Assembly (NCBI GenBank): GCA_964016885.1 | Contig: OZ024756.1 | Coordinates: 2,542,001-2,606,000 of the forward strand | DNA length: 64,000 bases | Reading direction: 5' to 3' | DNA from: Eledone cirrhosa | Lineage: Eukaryota | Shown: piece after piece, positions 59,056-64,000 of the stretch | Position numbering within the stretch: the first letter of the stretch is position 1 | How the letters are laid out: each line of letters begins with the position of its first letter | The notes under the pieces: model-generated | Seen by the model: only the letters and a program-made list of their open reading frames with translations | What the model was told of the DNA's origin: nothing | Database searches by the model: none | Position numbers and translations under genes: made by a program

Positions 59056-61260
59056 GGTGTCACTACTACTGCAGTCCATGTCAAGTCGGTGTCACTACTA
59101 CTGCAGTGTATGTCAAGTCAGTGCCACTACTACTGCAGTGTATGTCAAGTCAGTGTCACTACTACTGAAGTGTATGTCAAGTCAGCGTCACTACTACTGA
59201 AGTGTATGTCAAGTCAGTAACACTACTACTGCAGTGTATGTCAAGTCAGTGTCACTACTACTGCAGTGCATGTCAAGTCGGTGTCACTACTACTGCAGTA
59301 CATGTCAAGTCAGCGTCACTACTACTGAAGTGTATGTCAAGTCGGTGTCACTACTACTGCAGTCCATGTCAAGTCGGTGTCACTACTACTGCAGTCCATG
59401 TCAAGTCGGTGTCACTACTACTGCAGTGTATGTCAAGTCACTGTCACTACTACTGCAGTGTATGTCAAGTCAGTACCACTACTACTGAAGTGTATGTCAA
59501 GTCGGTGTCACTACTACTGCAGTCCATGTCAAGTCGGTGTCACTACTACTGCAGTGTATGTCAAGTCGGTGTCACTACTACTGCAGTCCATGTCAAGTCG
59601 GTGACACTACTACTGCAGTGTATGTCAAGTCGGTGTCACTATTACTGCAGTCCATGTCAAGTCGGTGTCACTACTACTGCAGTGTATGTCAAGTCACTGT
59701 CACTACTACTGCAGTGTATGTCAAGTCAGTACCACTACTACTGAAGTGTATGTCAAGTCGGTGTCACTACTACTGCAGTCCATGTCAAGTCGGTGTCACT
59801 ACTACTGCAGTCCATGTCAAGTCGGTGTCACTACTACTGCAATGTATGTCAAGTCAGTGTCACTACTACTGCAGTGTATGTCAAGTCAGTGTCACTACTA
59901 CTGCAGTGTATGTCAAGTCAGTGTCACTACTACTGAAGTGTATGTCAAGTCAGTGTCACTACTACTGCAATGTATGTCAAGTCAGTGTCACTACTACTGC
60001 AGTGTATGTCAAGTCAGTGTCACTACTACTGCAGTCCATGTCAAGTCGGTGTCACTACTACTGCAGTGTATGTCAAGTCAGTGTCACTTCTACTGCAGTG
60101 TATGTCAAGTCAGTGTCACTACTACTGCAGTGTATGGCAAGTCAGTGTCACTACTACTGAAGTGTATGTCAAGTCAGGTTCACTATTACTGCAGTGTATG
60201 TCAAGTCAGTGTCACTACTACTGCAGTGTATGTCAAGTCAGTGTCACTACTACTGCAGTGTATGTCAAGTCAGTGTCACTACTACGGCAGTGTATGTCAA
60301 GTCAGTGTCACTACTAATGCAGTGTATGTAAAGTCAGTGCCACTACTACTGCAGTGTATGTCAAATCAGTGTCACTACTACTACAGTGTATGTCAAGTCA
60401 GTGTCACTACTATTGCAGTGTATGTCAAGTCAGTACCACTACTACTGCAGTGTATGTCATGTCAGTGTCACTAATACTGAAGTGTATGTCAAGTCAGTGC
60501 CACTACTACTGCAGTGTATGTCAAGTCAGTGCCACTACTACTGCAGTGTATGTCAAGTCAGTGTCACTACTACTGCAGTGTATGTCAAGTCAGTGTCACT
60601 ACTACTGCAGTGTATATCAAGTCAGTGTCCCTACTACTGCAGTGCATGTCAAGTCAGTGTCACTACTACTGCAGTGTATGTCAAGTCAGTGCCACTACTA
60701 CTGCAGTCCATGTCAAGTCGGTGTCACTACTATTGCAGTGTATGTCAAGTCAGAGTCACTACTACTGCAGTGTATGTCAAGTCAGTGTCACTACTACTGC
60801 AGTACATGTCAAGTCAGTGTCTCTACTACTGAAGTGTATGTCAAGTCAGTGTCACTACTACTGCAGTGTATGTCAAGTCAGTGTCACTACTACTGCACTG
60901 TATGTCAAGTCAGTGCCACTACTACTGCAGTGTATGTCAAGTCAGTGCCACTACTACTGCAGTGTATGTCAAGTCAGTGTCACTACTACTGCAGTGTATG
61001 TCAAGTCAGTGCCACTACTACTGCAGTGTATGTCAAGTCAGTGTCACTACTACTGCACTGTATGTCAAGTCAGTGACACTACTACTGCAGTACATGTCAA
61101 GTCAGTGTCACTACTACTGCAGTGTATGTCAAGTCAGTACCACTACTACTGCTGTGTATGTCAAGTCAGTGTCACTACTACGGCAGTACATGTCAAGTCA
61201 GTGTCACTCCTACTGAAGTGTATGTCAAGTCAGTGTCACTACTACTGCAGTACATGTCAA
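59056..61260. repeat. Further copy of the HOR segment found at ~45390-47590 and ~49935-52140
   Basis: Offsets are 46719/60386 (13667) and 51265/60386 (9121). The order of markers is the same (TATGGC, GTCCCT, CAGAGTC, GTCTCT, CTACGGCAGTAC, CACTCC), with a few private changes. Confidence 0.85.
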
Positions 61261-64000
61261 GTCAGTGTCACTCCTACTGAAGTGTATGTCAAGTCAGTGT
61301 CACTACTACTGAAGTGTATGTCAAGTCAGTGCCACTACTACTGCAGTGTATGTCAAGTCAGTACAATTACTACTGCAGTGTATGTCAAGTCAGTGTCACT
61401 ACTACTGCAGTGTATGTCAAGTCAGTGCCACTACTACTGCTGTGTATGTCAAGTCAGTGTCACTACTACTGCAGTACATGTCAAGTCAGTGTCACTCCTA
61501 CTGAAGTGTATGTCAAGTCAGTGCCACTACTACTGCAGTGTATGTCAAGTCAGTGCCTCTACTACTGCAGTGTATGTCAAGTCAGTGTCACTACTACTGC
61601 AGTACATGTCAAGTCAGTGTCACTCCTACTGAAGTGTATGTCAAGTCAGTGTCACTACTACTGCAGTGTATGTCAAGTCAGTGCCACTACTACTGCTGTG
61701 TATGTCAAGTCAGTGTCACTACTACTGCAGTACATGTCAAGTCAGTGTCACACCTACTGAAGTGTATGTCAAGTCAGTGCCTCTACTACTGCAGTGCATG
61801 TCAAGTCAGTCTCACTACTACTGCAGTGTATGTCAAGTCAGTGTCACTACTACTGCAGTGTATGTCAAGTCAGTGCCACTACTACTGCAGTCCATGTCAA
61901 GTCGGTGTCACTACTACTGCAGTGTATGTCAAGTCAGTGTCACTACTACTGCAGTGTATGTCAAGTCAGTGTCACTACTACTGCAGTACATGTCAAGTCA
62001 GTGTCTCTACTACTGACGTGTATGTCAAGTCAGTGTCACTACTACTGCAGTGTATGTCAAGTCAGTGTGACTACTACTGAAGTGTATGTCAAGTCAGTGT
62101 CACTACTACTGCAGTGTATGTCAAGTCAGTGCCACTACTACTGCAGTGTATGTCAAGTCAGTGTCACTACTACTGCACTCTATGTCAAGTCAGTGACACT
62201 ACTACTGCAGTACATGTCCAGTCAGTGTCACTACTACTGCAGTGTATGTCAAGTCAGTACCACTACTACTGAAGTGTATGTCAAGTCAGTGTCACTACTA
62301 CTGCAGTGCATGTCAAGTCAGTGCCACTACTACTGCAGTGTATGTCAAGTCAGTGCCTCTACTACTGCAGTGTATGTCAAGTCAGTGTCACTACTACTGC
62401 ACTGCATGTCAAGTCAGTGTCACTACTACTGCAGTGTATGTCAAGTCAGTGTCACTACTACTGAAGTGCATGTCTAGTCAGTGTCACTACTACTGCAGTG
62501 TATGTCAAGTCAGTGTCACTACTACTGCAGTGCATGTCAAGTCAGTCTCACTACTACTGCTGTGTATGTCAAGTCAGGGCCACTACTACTGCAGTGCATG
62601 TCAAGTCAGTGCCACTACTACTGCAGTGCATGTCAAGTCAGTGTCACTACTACTGCAGTGTATGTCAAGTCAGTGTCACTACTACTGCAGTGCATGTCAA
62701 GTCAGTGTCACTACTACTGCAGTGCATGTCAAGTCAGTCCCACTAAAACTGCAGTGTATGTCAAGTCAGTGTCACTACTACTGCATTGTATGTCAAGTCA
62801 GTGGCACTACTACTGCAGCGTATGTCAAGTCAGTGTCAGTACAACTGCAGTGCATGTCAAGTCAGTGTCACTACTACTGCAGTGTATGTCAAGTCAGTGT
62901 CACTACTACTGCAGTGTATGGTTTGTGAAGTCAGTGTCACTACTACTGCAGTGTATGTCAAGTCAGTGTCACTACTACTGAAGTGTATGTCAAGTCAGTG
63001 TCACTACTACTGAAGTGTATGTCAAGTCAGTATCACTACTACTGCAGTGTATGTCAAGTCAGTGTCACTACTACTGCAGTGCATGTCAAGTCAGTGTCAC
63101 TACTACTGCAGTGTATGTCAAGTCGGTGTCACTACTACTGCAGTCCATGTCAAGTCGGTGTCACTACTACTGCAGTGTATGTCAAGTCAGTGTCACTACT
63201 ACTGCAGTGTATGTCAAGTCAGTGTCACTACTACTGCAGTGTATGTCAAGTCAGTGTCACTACTACTGCAGTGTATGTCAAGTCAGTGTCACTACTACTG
63301 CAGTGTATGTCAAGTCAGTGTCACTACTACTGCAGTGCATGTCAAGTCAGTGTCACTACTACTGAAGTGTATGTCAAGTCAGTGTGACTACTACTGAAGT
63401 GTATGTCAAGTCAGTGTAACTACTACTGCAGTACATGTCAAGTCAGTGTCACTACTACTGAAGTGTATGTCAAGTCAGTGTCACTACTACTGCAGTGTAT
63501 GTCAAGTCAGTGTCACTACTACTGCAGTGTATGTCAAGTCAGTGTCGCTACTACTGAAGTGTATGTCAAGTCAGTGTCACTACTACTGAAGTGCATGTCT
63601 AGTCAGTGTCACTACTACTGCAGTTTATGTCAAGTCAGTACCACTACTACTGCAGTGTATGTCAAATCAGTATCACTACCACTGCAGTACATGTCAAGTC
63701 AGTGTCACTACTACTGAAGTACATGTCAAGTCAGCGTCACTACTACTGCAGTGTATGTCAAGTCAGTGCCACTACTACTGCAGTGTATGTCAAGTCAGTG
63801 TCACTACTACTGAAGTGTATGTCAAGTCAGTGCCACTACTACTGCAGTGCATGTCTAGTCAGTGTCACTACTACTGCAGTGTATGTCAAGTCAGTACCAC
63901 TACTACTGCAGTGTATGTCAAGTCGGTGACACTACTACTGCAGTGTATGTCAAGTCAGTGCCACTACTACTGCAGTACATGTCAAGTCAGTGTCACTACT
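61261..64000. repeat. More divergent patchwork zone of the satellite, containing the only multi-base insertion seen (5 bp at ~62919)
   Basis: The CACTCCTACTGAAG motif repeats locally (61206, 61269, 61493, 61621). Private variants include CAGGGCC, CACTAAAACT, GTCGCT and TATGGTTTGTGAAG. Confidence 0.75.

Larger units (their letters stand above)
1..64000. repeat. 32-bp satellite tandem array, about 2,000 head-to-tail monomers, consensus TGTCAAGTCAGTGTCACTACTACTGCAGTGTA; runs off both window ends
   Basis: The monomer is readable throughout. A unit starts at position 1 and the last starts at 63980 (1999x32+11 later). Most monomers differ from consensus by 0-3 substitutions, with only occasional 31- or 33-bp units and one 37-bp unit. 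Confidence 0.99.

Noticed and set aside
156-63929. Hundreds of Cys/His-rich ORFs resembling zinc-finger, metallothionein or keratin-associated proteins (CMSSQCHYYCSVC)
   Set aside because: They overlap in all three + frames with the same periodic peptide and arise from a unit that is not a multiple of 3. They are broken at arbitrary points by common stop variants and indels, and have no unique N- or C-terminal sequence.
1-64000. CRISPR array (repeat length of 32 bp with internal palindrome)
   Set aside because: The monomers are directly adjacent with no unique spacers, and there is no leader or cas gene.
1-64000. Sigma70 -35 hexamer TTGACA on the - strand of nearly every monomer
   Set aside because: The hexamer 17 bp downstream is GACACT (3/6 match to TATAAT). 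There is no gene to drive and nothing suggests a bacterial context, so this is a chance match.
1-64000. Pho-box-like TGTCA direct repeats at 11-bp spacing
   Set aside because: The flanks and spacer do not fit the AT-rich PhoB consensus, and a 64-kb satellite is not a bacterial promoter context.
1-64000. Great-ape 32-bp subterminal satellite (StSat/pCht) or a telomeric repeat
   Set aside because: Only the length matches. As I recall it, the StSat consensus is a more AT-rich, different sequence. There are no G-rich telomere-type motifs or strand G-skew (7 G and 7 C per monomer).
1-64000. Variant order as an information-bearing code or cassette library (antigenic variation or diversity-generating system)
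   Set aside because: The variant patterns are explained by nested duplication and deletion. No expression site, recombinase, reverse transcriptase or unique flanking sequence is present in the window.
1-64000. Whole array as a sequencing or concatemer artefact (rolling-circle or adapter multimer)
   Set aside because: Specific rare variants recur in conserved order at several scales and divergence levels, which random error on one template would not produce. Individual large duplications still need read support.

Overview
The whole 64 kb window is one uninterrupted, single-orientation tandem array of about 2,000 copies of a 32-bp monomer, consensus TGTCAAGTCAGTGTCACTACTACTGCAGTGTA (14/32 GC, no CpG, one PstI site CTGCAG). 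I found no genes, RNA genes, transposon insertions, inversions or unique spacers. The many overlapping + strand ORFs are an artefact of the repeat. The consensus has no stop codon on the + strand, and 32 is not a multiple of 3, so every frame yields the same 32-aa period. The informative structure lies in the monomer variants. They define a nested hierarchy of higher-order repeats (HORs): 4-, 6- and 15-mers, a 72-76-mer, and near-identical 105-142-mer duplications of 3.3-4.5 kb. These are separated by older patchwork zones that keep a common ancestral order of variant blocks. This looks like eukaryotic satellite DNA, but I cannot assign a family or species. I see no evidence of a protein-coding or CRISPR-like system. 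Block boundaries were read by eye and from ORF-track offsets and are accurate to about one monomer.
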